Below the pieces are notes generated by a model. It was not told the origin of the DNA. It saw nothing but the letters and a program-made list of their open reading frames with translations, and ran no database searches. Made by a program: the position numbers and the translations under genes. DNA of 64,000 bases, taken from assembly GCA_963798085.1 (NCBI GenBank), contig CAWCRS010000007.1:288001-352000 (forward strand), given 5' to 3'. This document shows positions 39,616 to 50,730 of the stretch, one piece after another. This DNA comes from an uncultured Gemmatimonadales bacterium (GTDB lineage Bacteria; Gemmatimonadota; Gemmatimonadetes; Longimicrobiales; RSA9). Position 1 is the stretch's first letter. Each line of letters opens with the position of its first letter.

Positions 39616-40817
39616 CGCTGCACCCGGCGCATCCAATCGCCCCACCACAGACCCGCACGCGTCGAAAGCACCGCGCACAGCAGCGCCCAGCCCAGCCCGC
39701 GCAGCAGCAGCAGCGGACTGAACGCACCGTCCCGGCCGCGATCCACGAAGAAGCGCGACAGACCCGGACTCAGCTGCTGCGCGTAGGGAAAGTGTTGCGC
39801 CAGGAAGAAGTCGTTCTGTGCCAGCGGCGAACGCAGCAGGAAGCTGCCGAACGCCCAGTGCGTAATCAGCATCGTCGCCACAAACAGGACGCCGCCCAGA
39901 GCCGCACGCTGCCAGTCGCTCGCCTGCGGCAGGCGCCGGAGCAGCACGTCGAATGCTGCGGCCGGCACGATCAGCAGCAGCGGGAATCCGAATGCCGCCA
40001 TGTGCGTGAGCGGGTTCAGGATCGGCGTCAACCGCGGTGTCGCCGGGAATTGTACCAGCACCCATTGCGGGATGAGGAATACACCCGTGTAGAACAGCGT
40101 TGTCAGCGTGGCCGGCCAGCGCACGCGGCCCGCCTTCGCCACTGCTGCCAGGAACAGCGGAAACACGAGCGCGCTCGCCATGTACATGCCGCGACTGTGC
40201 CACAGATTGGGAATCAGTGTGTACTCGGAGGCGGCCGTGCCCACCATCGCGATCAGAGCGCCGGCGGCGTACGCGAAGGCCACGCCGAAACGCCCCGCGC
40301 GCTCACTCGCCGCGCGGTTCTGCAGCCCCAGCACCAGCAGCATCGCGCCCAGCTGGATCGCGATCATGCCCAGCAGCAGCACCACGTGCGGCGGGCTCAG
40401 GATCTGCACGTCCAGCCCGTACGCATTGTGCCACCAGTTGTCGAACGGCACGGAGAAGATCATCGCGAACGCACCCCAGATCGCCACCCAGCCGCCCAGC
40501 GGTCCGCGGAATCCCCAGAAGCGCACCGTCCGCCCCCGCTCTGCGGCCGATCCCGCGAACGTCGTCCGCAGCACCAGCCAGCCGCACGACAGCCCCGCCA
40601 GGCTCGCGCCCACCTGCTCCAGGATGTGCGGCGGGCTCCACAGCCGGTCGCGCCCGATCGACATGTGCCATGAGATGTCCCACAGCAGTCCCGTGATGAT
40701 GCACGTCGAGCAGAACAGCAGCGCGTACACGATCCAGCTCGCGCCATCCACGCCCCCGCGAGCGTGCGCCGGCGCCGGGACGGCGGCGCGCGCCTCCAGT
40801 ATCGTCGTCGACGCCAT
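39612..40817 (-). CDS. Polytopic membrane protein with two PmoC/AmoC-like metal motifs
   Basis: WDISWHMSIGRDRLWSPPH and FDNWWHNAYGLDVQILSPPH; many TM segments; GGAGG RBS. Confidence 0.82.
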   Translation of the reverse strand: MASTTILEARAAVPAPAHARGGVDGASWIVYALLFCSTCIITGLLWDISWHMSIGRDRLWSPPHILEQVGASLAGLSCGWLVLRTTFAGSAAERGRTVRFWGFRGPLGGWVAIWGAFAMIFSVPFDNWWHNAYGLDVQILSPPHVVLLLGMIAIQLGAMLLVLGLQNRAASERAGRFGVAFAYAAGALIAMVGTAASEYTLIPNLWHSRGMYMASALVFPLFLAAVAKAGRVRWPATLTTLFYTGVFLIPQWVLVQFPATPRLTPILNPLTHMAAFGFPLLLIVPAAAFDVLLRRLPQASDWQRAALGGVLFVATMLITHWAFGSFLLRSPLAQNDFFLAQHFPYAQQLSPGLSRFFVDRGRDGAFSPLLLLRGLGWALLCAVLSTRAGLWWGDWMRRVQR

Positions 40818-40826
40818 AACCCTCCG

Positions 40827-42983
40827 TTAGAAGCCTGGAAGCCCTGAACCCGTCTGTTGCGTTGCCGTGCGCAGGCCGTGCGGCACCAGCGGCAGATTGC
40901 GCAGCCGGATGCCGCTCGCCCGCCAGATCGCGTTGCTGACCGCCGGCGCCAGCGCCAGCAGGGGCGTCTCACCCGCGCCCGCACTGGGGATGTCCCTGCG
41001 ATCCAGCAGCACACTCTCGATGGGCGGCACGTCGCTCTGCCGCGGCACGCGGTACTGCGAGAGCCGCGGGTTCAGGATCCGCCCGTTCTCGAATTCGATG
41101 GCTTCGAACAGCGCGCCGCCCAGCCCCATGATCACGCCGCCCTCCACCTGGTTGCGCAGCCCGTCCGGATTCACGATGGCGCCGCACTCGAAGGCTACCA
41201 CCAGACGCGTCAACCGGACCTGGCCGCTGGCCCGGTCCACCGCGGCCTCTGCGCACGTCGCCACATAGCCGCCCTTCTCCGTGCCGCACGCCAGGCCGAT
41301 ACCGTGACCCGCGCTCGCCTGCCACGTCTTCCAGCCGAAACGATCGGCCGCCGCCTCGAGCACCGCGCGCAGCCGCGCATCGCGCAGATTGCGCAGGCGG
41401 AAATCCAGCGGGTCCAGCTGGAGCGTCGCCGCCAGCTCGTCCATGTGCGACTCGCGCGCGAAGTTGTTCGCCGTGGCCGCCAGTCCGCGATAGGAGCCCT
41501 GCCGCAATGGTGAGTTAGCCGGATGATAGATCACCCTCTGGTTCGCCACCTCGTAAGGCGTGCCGATGGCGGAAGGTCCGGAATTGTAGTTGTGGAATTC
41601 CCACGCGCTCAGCGTGCCGTCCGCCTGCACACCGCTGCGGATCTCGATGCGCGCCGCGGGCCGGAAATACGCCCACGTGAACTCCTCCTCCCGTGACCAC
41701 ACCAGCCGCACAGGCTTGCCCGCTGCCTTTGCCAGCCGCGCCGCCTCGATCGCCGCTTCGCCGCTGTGCTTGCCGCCGTAGCCCGAGCCCGTGTCCGGCA
41801 CCCGCACACACACCCGCTCCTCCGCCAGCCCGAAGGCCTCCGCCAGCTCGTTGCGCACGCCGAACGGCCGCTGCGTGCCCGTCCATACAGTGAGTTTGCC
41901 ATCCGACCACTGCGCCAGCGCGGCCCGCGGCTCCAGCGGCGTGTGCGCGATGTACGCCGTCGTGTAGGTCGCCTCCAGACGCTGCTGCGCCGCGCCCAGC
42001 CCGTGCTCCACGGAACCGCGCTCCGACGGATTCGCCCGGCCCGTCGACGCCGTCTTCAGGTAGTCGAAGATCTCACGGTGCGAAGGCTGCGCCGGCGCCG
42101 CACTCCACTGCGGGCGCAGGGCTGCGAGCGCGCGCGTGCACGTCGCATCATCGGCCGCCGCCACACCCGCGAATTCACCCTCGTGCACCACCGTCACGCC
42201 CGGCATGGCCGCTGCCTCGCCTGCGTCCAGCGCCAGCAGCCGCGCGCCCATGGCCGGCGGCCGCAGCACCTTGCCCGTCAGCATGCCCGGCACACGCTGG
42301 TCCGACGGATAGCGGTGCCTGCCGGTCACGATGTCGCGGCCCTTGACACTGGGCAGCGCCGTGCCCGCCACGGTCCAGCCGGCGGGAGCGGCTAACTCAA
42401 TGTTGTCGGGCAGCACCTGCGTCAGCTGTGCGCCGCCCGTCAGCTCGCCAATGGCGATCGCACGACCCCGCCCATCGCTCACCCGTCCGCCTGCGAGAGT
42501 CAGACCCGACGCTGGTACTTGCCAGCGCTGTGCCGCCAGCTCCAGCAGTGCATGGCGCGCCGCGGCCGCCACCCGCCGCAGCTGCAGACCCATCTGCGGC
42601 GTGGACCGGCTGCCGAACGTGCCCGCGTCGTAGGGCGTGAGATCCGTGTCGCCCATCACCAGCGTGATGGCAGCAGGCGCCACGTGCAGTTCCTCCGCCA
42701 CCGCCTGGGTCAGCAATGTACGAATGTCCTGCCCCACTTCCACCTTCCCCGTGAACACCGTGACTGCGCCATCGCCGCCCACGTGCAGCCACGTGCCAAT
42801 GCTGTCCGCCGCTGCATACCTTTCGAAGTCACCCGTCGCGGCCCGGGCAGAATCGTCGCCAGCAAGCAGCACGACAACGCCGGCGCCCAGTGTGCCCAGG
42901 AACCCGCGCCGGCTCGGTTGCAGCGTTGCCAGCGCCTGCAACGGCGCATCCAGCAGCCCCCACTCGCGCACGCGCTCAGCCAT
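40827..42983 (-). CDS. Xanthine-dehydrogenase-family molybdopterin subunit (IorB/aldehyde oxidoreductase-like) with Tat-like motif
   Basis: SRRGFLG, GKVEVGQ, GTFGSRST, HTPLEP, GSGYGGK, NQVEGG, GAGET. Confidence 0.93.
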   Translation of the reverse strand: MAERVREWGLLDAPLQALATLQPSRRGFLGTLGAGVVVLLAGDDSARAATGDFERYAAADSIGTWLHVGGDGAVTVFTGKVEVGQDIRTLLTQAVAEELHVAPAAITLVMGDTDLTPYDAGTFGSRSTPQMGLQLRRVAAAARHALLELAAQRWQVPASGLTLAGGRVSDGRGRAIAIGELTGGAQLTQVLPDNIELAAPAGWTVAGTALPSVKGRDIVTGRHRYPSDQRVPGMLTGKVLRPPAMGARLLALDAGEAAAMPGVTVVHEGEFAGVAAADDATCTRALAALRPQWSAAPAQPSHREIFDYLKTASTGRANPSERGSVEHGLGAAQQRLEATYTTAYIAHTPLEPRAALAQWSDGKLTVWTGTQRPFGVRNELAEAFGLAEERVCVRVPDTGSGYGGKHSGEAAIEAARLAKAAGKPVRLVWSREEEFTWAYFRPAARIEIRSGVQADGTLSAWEFHNYNSGPSAIGTPYEVANQRVIYHPANSPLRQGSYRGLAATANNFARESHMDELAATLQLDPLDFRLRNLRDARLRAVLEAAADRFGWKTWQASAGHGIGLACGTEKGGYVATCAEAAVDRASGQVRLTRLVVAFECGAIVNPDGLRNQVEGGVIMGLGGALFEAIEFENGRILNPRLSQYRVPRQSDVPPIESVLLDRRDIPSAGAGETPLLALAPAVSNAIWRASGIRLRNLPLVPHGLRTATQQTGSGLPGF

Positions 42984-43458
42984 GGTGCGCCTCCGCGCTG
43001 GCGTGCGCTGCCCTGCGGACGGCGCGCACAATGCGCGGGTACGTGCCGCAGCGACACACGTTGCCATCCATGAACCGGCGAATCTCGTCTTCACCGGGAT
43101 CGGGCTCGCGCTCCAGCAGCCCCACGGCGGACATGATCATTCCGGCCGTACAGTACCCGCACTGCAGCGCCCCCTCGTCCAGAAAAGCCTGCTGCACGGG
43201 GTGCAGGCGACCGTCGCGTTCCAGCCCTTCGATCGTCATCACGGGCCGCTCGCCAACGCTGCCCACCGGGGTGATGCACGAGCGCACCGGCCGTCCATCC
43301 AGCAGCACGGTGCACGCGCCGCACTGACCCTCGCCGCATCCATACTTGCTGCCGGTGAGATCCAGATCCTCCCGCAGTACCAGCAGCAGACTCTTCGCCG
43401 GGTCCGCTTCCACGCGTCGCGTGCCGCCGTTCACCTGCAGATCGAAACTGCTGCTCAT
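42976..43458 (-). CDS. (2Fe-2S)-binding small subunit (IorA/CoxS-like)
   Basis: KYGCGEGQCGACTV, SC, QCGYCTAG, NVCRCGTY. Confidence 0.95.
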   Translation of the reverse strand: MSSSFDLQVNGGTRRVEADPAKSLLLVLREDLDLTGSKYGCGEGQCGACTVLLDGRPVRSCITPVGSVGERPVMTIEGLERDGRLHPVQQAFLDEGALQCGYCTAGMIMSAVGLLEREPDPGEDEIRRFMDGNVCRCGTYPRIVRAVRRAAHASAEAHHG

Positions 43459-43641
43459 GCGCTGCCTCCCGCGCTCGAGTCCCGGATCGCGCGACCCGCC
43501 CGCGCCGCGCCAGGATCGCGTACCCCACTCTGGCATTTCCGCTGTCCCGCCGCCAGCCTCGCCGTCGCCTCGGCGACTGGGCGCATGCGCACTGCCTCCC
43601 GTCTCTTCCCGCCCAGACGCGCCCGGCCTGACTTGCGTGAC

Positions 43642-44064
43642 ATGCGACTTCGCTTCCCGAGGCTGACCGGATTCGCTCTGCTCGCCCTGCTCCTGTGCCT
43701 GCCGCAGACGGCACGCGCGCAGCGGCGATTGCAGCGCCCGCGCTTCGGTGGCGTACTGACGATCGTGCCCGCTGCCGGCCTGCGTGGTGGTTACGACTTC
43801 GATGGCGAAGCATGGAGCGCGGGCGGGCAGGCGGTGATTCCGTTGACCGCCGCCTTTGGCTTCGAGCCCAGCGCCGACATCTTCTTCCCCACAGGTCGCA
43901 CCCGCTGGCAGCTCAATGCCGACGCGCTCGTCCACGTGCCCACCGCGCCCGGCATCTACGCGGGTGGCGGCGGCCTGTCATACGGCAACCACGCGCAGCT
44001 GGACAGAACCATCGACACGCATTTCTCCGATCCGGCCAGGCTGGCCGGAAGGTTCGGTGCCTGA
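43642..44064 (+). CDS. Small exported beta-strand-rich protein (outer-membrane barrel-like), possibly truncated
   Basis: Signal peptide ARA|Q, GLRGGYDF, FEPSADIFF, WQLNAD, IYAGGG; C-terminus loses barrel character. Confidence 0.55.
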   Translation: MRLRFPRLTGFALLALLLCLPQTARAQRRLQRPRFGGVLTIVPAAGLRGGYDFDGEAWSAGGQAVIPLTAAFGFEPSADIFFPTGRTRWQLNADALVHVPTAPGIYAGGGGLSYGNHAQLDRTIDTHFSDPARLAGRFGA

Positions 44065-44302
44065 AGACATGAAGCAGATCGCCACAGTCGCCACCACATA
44101 CGTCTGGCTGACCGCGCAGCGCGCTCGGATGCTGCCGCGCAAACCGGCAAATCGCCGAGGGGCCGGAGCACCGCTGGCGCGGCCGCAGCCGGGCTGCTGC
44201 CGATTATGCAAAGGCCCTGGCGCCAATCGGCGTCAGGGCCTTCGCTCGTAACAGGATGTTAAGGGCTCAGTCGCGGACTGGATGGCGTCAGCCCACCACG
44301 CA

Positions 44303-45999
44303 TCACCGCCGGACGGCACCGCCCGCCGCGACCGGCTGCGCCAGCGCCTGCGCCGCCTGCACCAGCTCCAGGAAGCCCGCGCGGTACCCGCCCGCGTCGC
44401 GCCCCACGCCAGCGCGCGCCAGATCCAGCACCGACGCGTAGCTCGCATTCCCGCGATGCGGCGACTCCCGCAGCAGCATGCCGAACTCCGCGACCGCAGC
44501 CGCGAACGTCAGGTCCCCGCTGCCCGCGGTCACGTGGTCCGCGACCGGCCGCTGCAGCAGCTGGCTCGTATCACCATCGTTTGCCTTGTAGCGCAGCTTC
44601 ACGAACGCCAGCTCAGCGCCGCCCGATGTCAGGCTTGCCACCCGGCTGCTCTGATAACGCAAGGAGTCCGTCCCGCGCATGTCGATCGTCGACTCCGCGC
44701 CCACCGGCACTACCTCGTACAGCGCCGTCACCGAGTGGCCTGCACCCAGCTCACCCGCATCCTTGTGATCGTCGTTGAAGTCCTCGGCCGCCAGCAACCG
44801 GTTCTCGTAGCCGATGAGCCGGTACGCCGCCACCTTCGCCGGATTGAACTCGACCTGGATCTTCACGTCCTTCGCCACCGTGTACAGCGTCCCGCCCAGC
44901 TCCTGCACCAGCACCTTGCGCGCCTCACCAATGTCGTCGATGTACGCGTAGTTGCCGTTCCCCTTGTCCGCCATGAGCTCCATCTTCGAGTCCTTCAGGT
45001 TGCCCGTGCCGAAGCCCAGCACCGTCAGGAACGTGCCCTGCTGCCGCTTCTCCTCCACCAGCCGCATCAGGCCGCGTCGTCCGACTCGCCGACATTGAAG
45101 TCGCCGTCCGTCGCCAGGATAACACGGTTGTTACCACCGCGCAGGTGATTCTGCCGCGCGATCTCGTACGCCAGCCGCAGCCCTTCGCCGCCCGCCGTGG
45201 AACCGCCCGCCTCCAGCCGCTCCAGCGCCGCCAGGATCTCTTCCTTGCGCGTGCCCGGCGTGGATTCCAGCACCTGCCCTGCGTTGCCCGCGTATACCAC
45301 GATCGCCACCCGGTCCTGCGGCCGCAGCTCGTTCACCAGCAGACCGAACGCCTGCTTCAGCAGCGGCAGCTTGTCCGGACTGTCCATCGAGCCCGACACG
45401 TCGATCAGAAACACCAGGTTGCTGGCCGGCACATCCGCCACGCCCAGCGCCCGCGCCTTGAGACCGATGCGCAGCAGCCGGTGCGCCGGCTGCCACGGCG
45501 CAGCGCCCAGCTCCGTGGTCACTGCAAACGGTGCGTTATCATCAGGCGAGGGGTCGTCATAGGTGAAGTAGTTGACCAGCTCCTCGATGCGCACGGCGTC
45601 CTTCGGTGGCAGCTGGCCCTGGTGGATGAAGCGGCGCACGTTCGCGTAGGAAGCGCGGTCCACATCGATGGCAAACGTCGACAGCGGATTGGCCGCCGCG
45701 GCCATGAACGGATTCTCATCGACGGCCGCGTAGGACTCGGTGTTGAAGCGCTGCGGGTCGGAAGCCTGCAGCATGGACTTCGCCAGCGAAGCACGGATCG
45801 GCGGAGACGTCGGGGCGCTGATCGCGCCGACTTCATCCCTTGCCTCCGCATCCTTCGCGTTCTGGCCGTTGACGCGAACGCCAGCGCGTCCGTTGCTCTC
45901 CCTGAGCGCACCCGGCAAACCGCAACGCGCTGCGCTCAGCACGACCACGCTCAGCGCCATGGCCGCCAGCGCGGGAACCGCAGGACCTCGTGACCGCAT
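44303..45999 (-). CDS. YfbK-like VWA-domain protein, frameshift near 45067
   Basis: [42 protein letters not shown]; continues [30 protein letters not shown]. Confidence 0.9.
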
Positions 46000-46240
46000 C
46001 GTCGTCTCCGCTCTCTCGGGTTCGGGCCTCCTCTGCCGCAGGCCTCACCCGGATATGACGTCGCACGATCGGCCCGTTTGCACACCCTGCTCGCATCTCG
46101 CTGCGCTCTGCACGCTTCATTGCATGCGACGACGCCCGTCCCGTTGACGGCGCCTCCGCCTGCCGCCGCTTGCGCCCGGGCCCGCATCACCGTACCCGGT
46201 TCAGCCGGCAACACACGACTGCGGACGGGAACGCGTGACC

Positions 46241-47246
46241 ATGGGCGAATTGCGCATACAGACCATCGACGCGCACACCGAAGGCGAGCCGTTGCGCGTC
46301 ATTGTCTCGGGACTGCCGGAGATTCCGGGCACCACCATTCTCGAGCGCCGCACCTGGGCAAAGCGCCACATTCGATGATCTGCGTACGGCGCTGATGTGG
46401 GAGCCTCGCGGCCACGCCGACATGTATGGCTGCATCCTGCTGCCGCCGGCCGAAGCCGGCTCGGACTTCGGCGTGCTCTTCCTGCACAACGAGGGCTTCA
46501 GCACGATGTGCGGCCATGGCATCATCGCTGTGACCACGGTCGTACTCGAGGCCGGCCTCGTTCCCGCACAGCAGCCGCACACCGTCCTGCGCATCGACAC
46601 GCCCGCCGGGCTTGTGGTCGCCACAGCCACCGTGCATGAGCGCCGCGTCGAGCATGTCGCCTTCACCAACGTCCCATCGTTCGTGAGTGCGCTGGACGTC
46701 CGCCTGCCTGTCCCCGGCCTGGGTGAGATCGTCTGCGATATCGCGTTCGGCGGGGCCTTCTACGCATACGTCGATGCCGCCGCCGTGGGACTCACCTGTA
46801 CACCGGAGCAGCTGCGGCCCCTGATCGCCGCCGGGAGCGCCATCAAACACGCTGTTATCGATGCCTTCCCCGTCGAACATCCGGAACAGCCCGGCCTGAG
46901 CTTCCTCTACGGCACCATCTTCACCGGACCACCCCACGAGGCCGGCGCGCACAGCCGCCAGGTGTGCGTGTTCGCCGACGGCGAAGTCGATCGCAGCCCC
47001 ACCGGCACAGGTGTTGCCGGCCGGCTCGCCCTGCTGCGCGCCCGCGGCCGCATCGGCATCGATGAGCCCGTCATCATCGAGAGCATCATCGGTTCACGCT
47101 TTTCCGGTCGCGTGCTCGAGGACGTACTCGTGGCGGGCGCGCCCGCCGTGATTCCCGAAGTGGCGGGACGCGCCTTCATTACCGGACGCCACGAGTTCGT
47201 GATTGATCCGCGCGACCCGCTGTGCCACGGCTTCTTCCTGCGTTGA
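46241..47246 (+). CDS. Proline-racemase family, Cys/Thr type (trans-3-hydroxy-L-proline dehydratase-like), +1 frameshift near 46370
   Basis: [11 protein letters not shown] in first frame; [24 protein letters not shown] in second. Confidence 0.88.
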
Positions 47247-47773
47247 TGCGGTTGGGCGCCGCGCCGGGTCGGCAGCCCCGCTCTCTCGCGGACGCGCCAC
47301 GCCACACTTCTCCCGCGGAAGCGACAACGCCCGCGCCACCTCCGACGCCGAATCCGTCTCCCGCGGTCGCTCCGGGATCCGCCGCCGCAGCGGACGCAGC
47401 GCCAGCGCCGCTCCCTCGACACGCTCGAGCACTCCACCCGGAGGCACAGTCCCACGTATCTCCGCCCGCGACTCAATATCCAGTTTCACCCGATCCGCCA
47501 GCCCGGCCGATATGCCGGATCGCAGGTTGGTCCATCCCGCGGACCCCCCAGGCGCCACCCGTTGGAATCGGTCCCCAATTACCAGCCCAGCCCCCAGCCC
47601 CCGCCCTCGCAACATTTCTGTCCGACGACTGAAACTGGGAAGAATGGATTTGTCGAAACACGGATGCCGCAACGCCCACCTTTGACACCCCTGCGCCCGC
47701 CCACCACCTTTGCCCCGCGGCGCCGCTCACGCGTCTGCACGGAACTCGTGACCGGAAGGACTCGACCACTCCG

Positions 47774-49823
47774 ATGGAAGCCATTCAAGCCCGCAGCATT
47801 AACGTCATCCGCGGCCTCGCCATTGATGCCGTCGAACGCGCCAGGTCCGGCCACCCGGGACTGCCCATGGGTGACGCCCTCATGGCGTATGTCCTGTGGA
47901 AGCACTTTCTCCGACACAATCCGCTGAATCCCGAATGGCCGGACCGCGACCGCTTCGTGCTCTCCGCCGGCCACGGCTCGATGCTCCTCTACGCGTTGCT
48001 GCATCTCAGCGGCTACGATCTGCCGCTCGATGAGCTGAAGCGTTTCCGACAGTGGGGCAGCCGCACCCCTGGCCATCCCGAACACGGCCTTACACCCGGC
48101 GTCGAGACCACAACCGGGCCGCTCGGTCAGGGCTTCGGCAACGCCGTCGGCATGGCCCTCGCCGAGCGCTGGCTGGCCGCGACGTACAACCGGCCCGGCC
48201 ACGAAATCGTGGGTCACCGCACTTTCGCCATCGCGAGCGATGGCGATCTCATGGAGGGTGTGCAGGCCGAAGCCGCGTCGCTTGCCGGCCATTGGGGGCT
48301 CGGCCGTCTGATCGTCCTCTACGACTCCAACCACATCTCCATCGACGGCTCGACCGACCTCGCCTTTACCGAGGACGTGTCCCTGCGCTACAAGGGGTAT
48401 GCCTGGCAGGTGCTGCATGCCGCGGGCACCGACATGGACTCCATCGAAACCGCGCTGCGCGCCGGCCTCGCCGACGAGACCCGGCCCACGCTCATCGTCG
48501 TGCGTACGCACATCGGGTATGGCGCCCCGCACAAGCAGGACACCGCCGAGGCCCACGGCGAGCCGCTCGGTCCCGAGGAAGCGAAAGCGGCGAAGGAGCG
48601 CCTGGGCCTGCCGCTCGACCAGGAGTTCTGGGTCCCGGAGGACGTGCGCGCGCACATGGACGCGCGTCCTGCGGGAGAATCGCTGGAACAGGAATGGCGA
48701 CGCCGCTTCGACAGTTACGCGCACGAATTCCCCGAGCTGGCAGCGCAATTCCGTCGCGCCCTCGTCCGCGAGCTTCCAGCCGGTTTCGCCGACGCCCTGC
48801 CCACATTCAAGCCCGGGACACAGCTGGCCACGCGCAAGGCATCAGGAGACACGCTCAACGCACTGGTAGCGCATGTGCCCGAGCTGATCGGCGGCTCCGC
48901 CGACCTCACCACGTCCAACAACACCGCCATCAGGTCGACCGGCTCCATCGAACGCGGCGACTGGGGCCAGCGCTACATCCACTTCGGCGTCCGCGAGCAC
49001 GGCATGGGCGCGATCCTGAACGGGCTGTGCCTGCACGGCGGCATTCGACCCTTCGGCGCCACCTTCCTCATCTTCTCCGACTACATGCGCCCTTCCATCC
49101 GCCTGGCCGCGCTGATGGAACAGCCTGTTATCTACCTGTTCACACACGACTCCATCGGTCTGGGCGAGGACGGTCCTACGCACGAGCCCGTCGAGCAGCT
49201 CATGTCACTGCGTCTCATTCCCGCACCTGGATGTGATACGGCCCGCCGACGCGGATGAGACCGCTGTCGCCTGGACCATGGCGCTGGAGCGCACCAACGG
49301 ACCCTCGGCGCTCGTGCTCACGCGCCAGAAGCTGCCCGCGCTGGACCGCGGACCGGGGCGCACGTTCGCTTCCGCGCGCCTGGCTGCACGCGGCGGCTAT
49401 GTCCTCGTCGATGCGGAAGCTGCGGGCCAGCCCCTCACGCCGCACGTGATCCTGATCGGCACGGGCAGCGAGGTACACCTTTGCATTGAAGCGCGCGCCC
49501 GGCTCGCCGCCGAGGGCATTGCCACCCGTGTGGTCAGCATGCCTTCCCTGACGCGCTTCGTGGCGCAGCCCGCGGACTGGCGTGACCTGGTGTTGCCCCC
49601 TTCGATCACGGCCCGCGTCGTCGTCGAGGCAGGGATAACACGCGGTTGGGGAGATATCACGGGCCCGGCGGGAGAGATCGTGGGCGTGCAGCGCTTCGGC
49701 GCGTCGGCGCCCGGTGACGTAGTGCTGCGCGAGCTGGGGTTCACGCCCGAGCATGTGGTCGCGTGCGCCCGGGCGGCACTGGCCAGGGCTGCCAGCTTCG
49801 CACACTCGGGCTCTGTCGATTAG
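47774..49823 (+). CDS. tkt: Transketolase, +1 frameshift near 49222
   Basis: [25 protein letters not shown] ThDP motif, GGSADL, FGVREH, GEDGPTH; then RPADADE, GTGSEV, FGASAP. Confidence 0.95.
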
Positions 49824-49896
49824 GCGACGCAGCCGCCTCAGGATTCGGCCTTTATCCAGCAGGCCACGATGCAGCGTCCGGCTGCCGCCCTGCGCG

Positions 49897-50694
49897 TCAG
49901 AAGAGCCGGATGATCGCGAAGGTGAGCGGGATCACGTAGTACATGCTGCGGATCAGCTGGCCGATATTCCGCTGCGGTACGGCCGGGATCTCGATCACGT
50001 CGCCGGCGCGCAGGCTGAGATCATCGAGCGTGCGCCCCTCCACCATGGCCTGCTGCAGCGGGGGCCCGTCCCAGATCGTCTGCTTGCCCCGCTTGATCTT
50101 CATGTCCTCCAGCTTTGCCGCGCGCGTGGGCTGACCCAGTGCTGCGATTACGTCCGGCAGCCGCGCGTCGGGCGAAACCAGCTGATAGCCCACCTTCCCG
50201 ATTTCGCCCACCGTCTGAATGCGCATTGAGCTGGACACGAAAACCGTCGGGTCCCGAATGTACCTCGTAATGAACGCCGTGACACTGTCCTTCAATTCCG
50301 AGCGTAGCAGGCCGGTGAGCGGCATCGCGCCCAGGTCCGGCAGCACCAGCAGCCTGCCCGGAGATATCGTGAACGGAGCGCTGAGTGACGGCTGTCCCAG
50401 CACGGACAGCGTAACTACATCACCCACTTCGAAGTCGCCATCGCGCAGCCGGTCGCGGATCAGCTGCGCCTCGTCCTTGGCCGGCATCCGCACCGCCGCC
50501 GAATAACCGCTCTCGTTCGATGCGTCTTCGAAGCGCCGGAGTCTCGCCTGCAGGTCCGCTCGGGTCGCGTACAACTGGCCCGCATCCCACTGCCGGTTTG
50601 CCTGCTGTCCCGTGTCTTGTGCCCGTGCCGAGCCGGCAAATCCCAGCATCAGCAAGAGGCCCAGCACGGGCGCGACTGCAAAGCACTTCTTCAT
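49897..50694 (-). CDS. Polysaccharide export protein with Poly_export/SLBB domains (Wza-like)
   Basis: Signal peptide; FEVGDVVTLSV, LPDLG, VGEIGKVG, LRAGDVIEIP; GGAGG RBS. Confidence 0.82.
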   Translation of the reverse strand: MKKCFAVAPVLGLLLMLGFAGSARAQDTGQQANRQWDAGQLYATRADLQARLRRFEDASNESGYSAAVRMPAKDEAQLIRDRLRDGDFEVGDVVTLSVLGQPSLSAPFTISPGRLLVLPDLGAMPLTGLLRSELKDSVTAFITRYIRDPTVFVSSSMRIQTVGEIGKVGYQLVSPDARLPDVIAALGQPTRAAKLEDMKIKRGKQTIWDGPPLQQAMVEGRTLDDLSLRAGDVIEIPAVPQRNIGQLIRSMYYVIPLTFAIIRLF

Positions 50695-50730
50695 GGCGTC
50701 CTCCGGTTTGCGGGACCATGCCCGCAACCG

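Noticed and set aside
38074..40817. Calling these genes pmo/amo (methanotrophy or nitrification)
   Set aside because: Similarity is confined to motifs and topology recalled from memory; overall sequences are far from canonical subunits and no methanol or hydroxylamine oxidation genes are in the window
47250..47770. Possible gene or ncRNA between the racemase-family gene and tkt
   Set aside because: No convincing ORF or known RNA fold; only a TTGACA at 47682 that may be the tkt -35 box, with a weak -10
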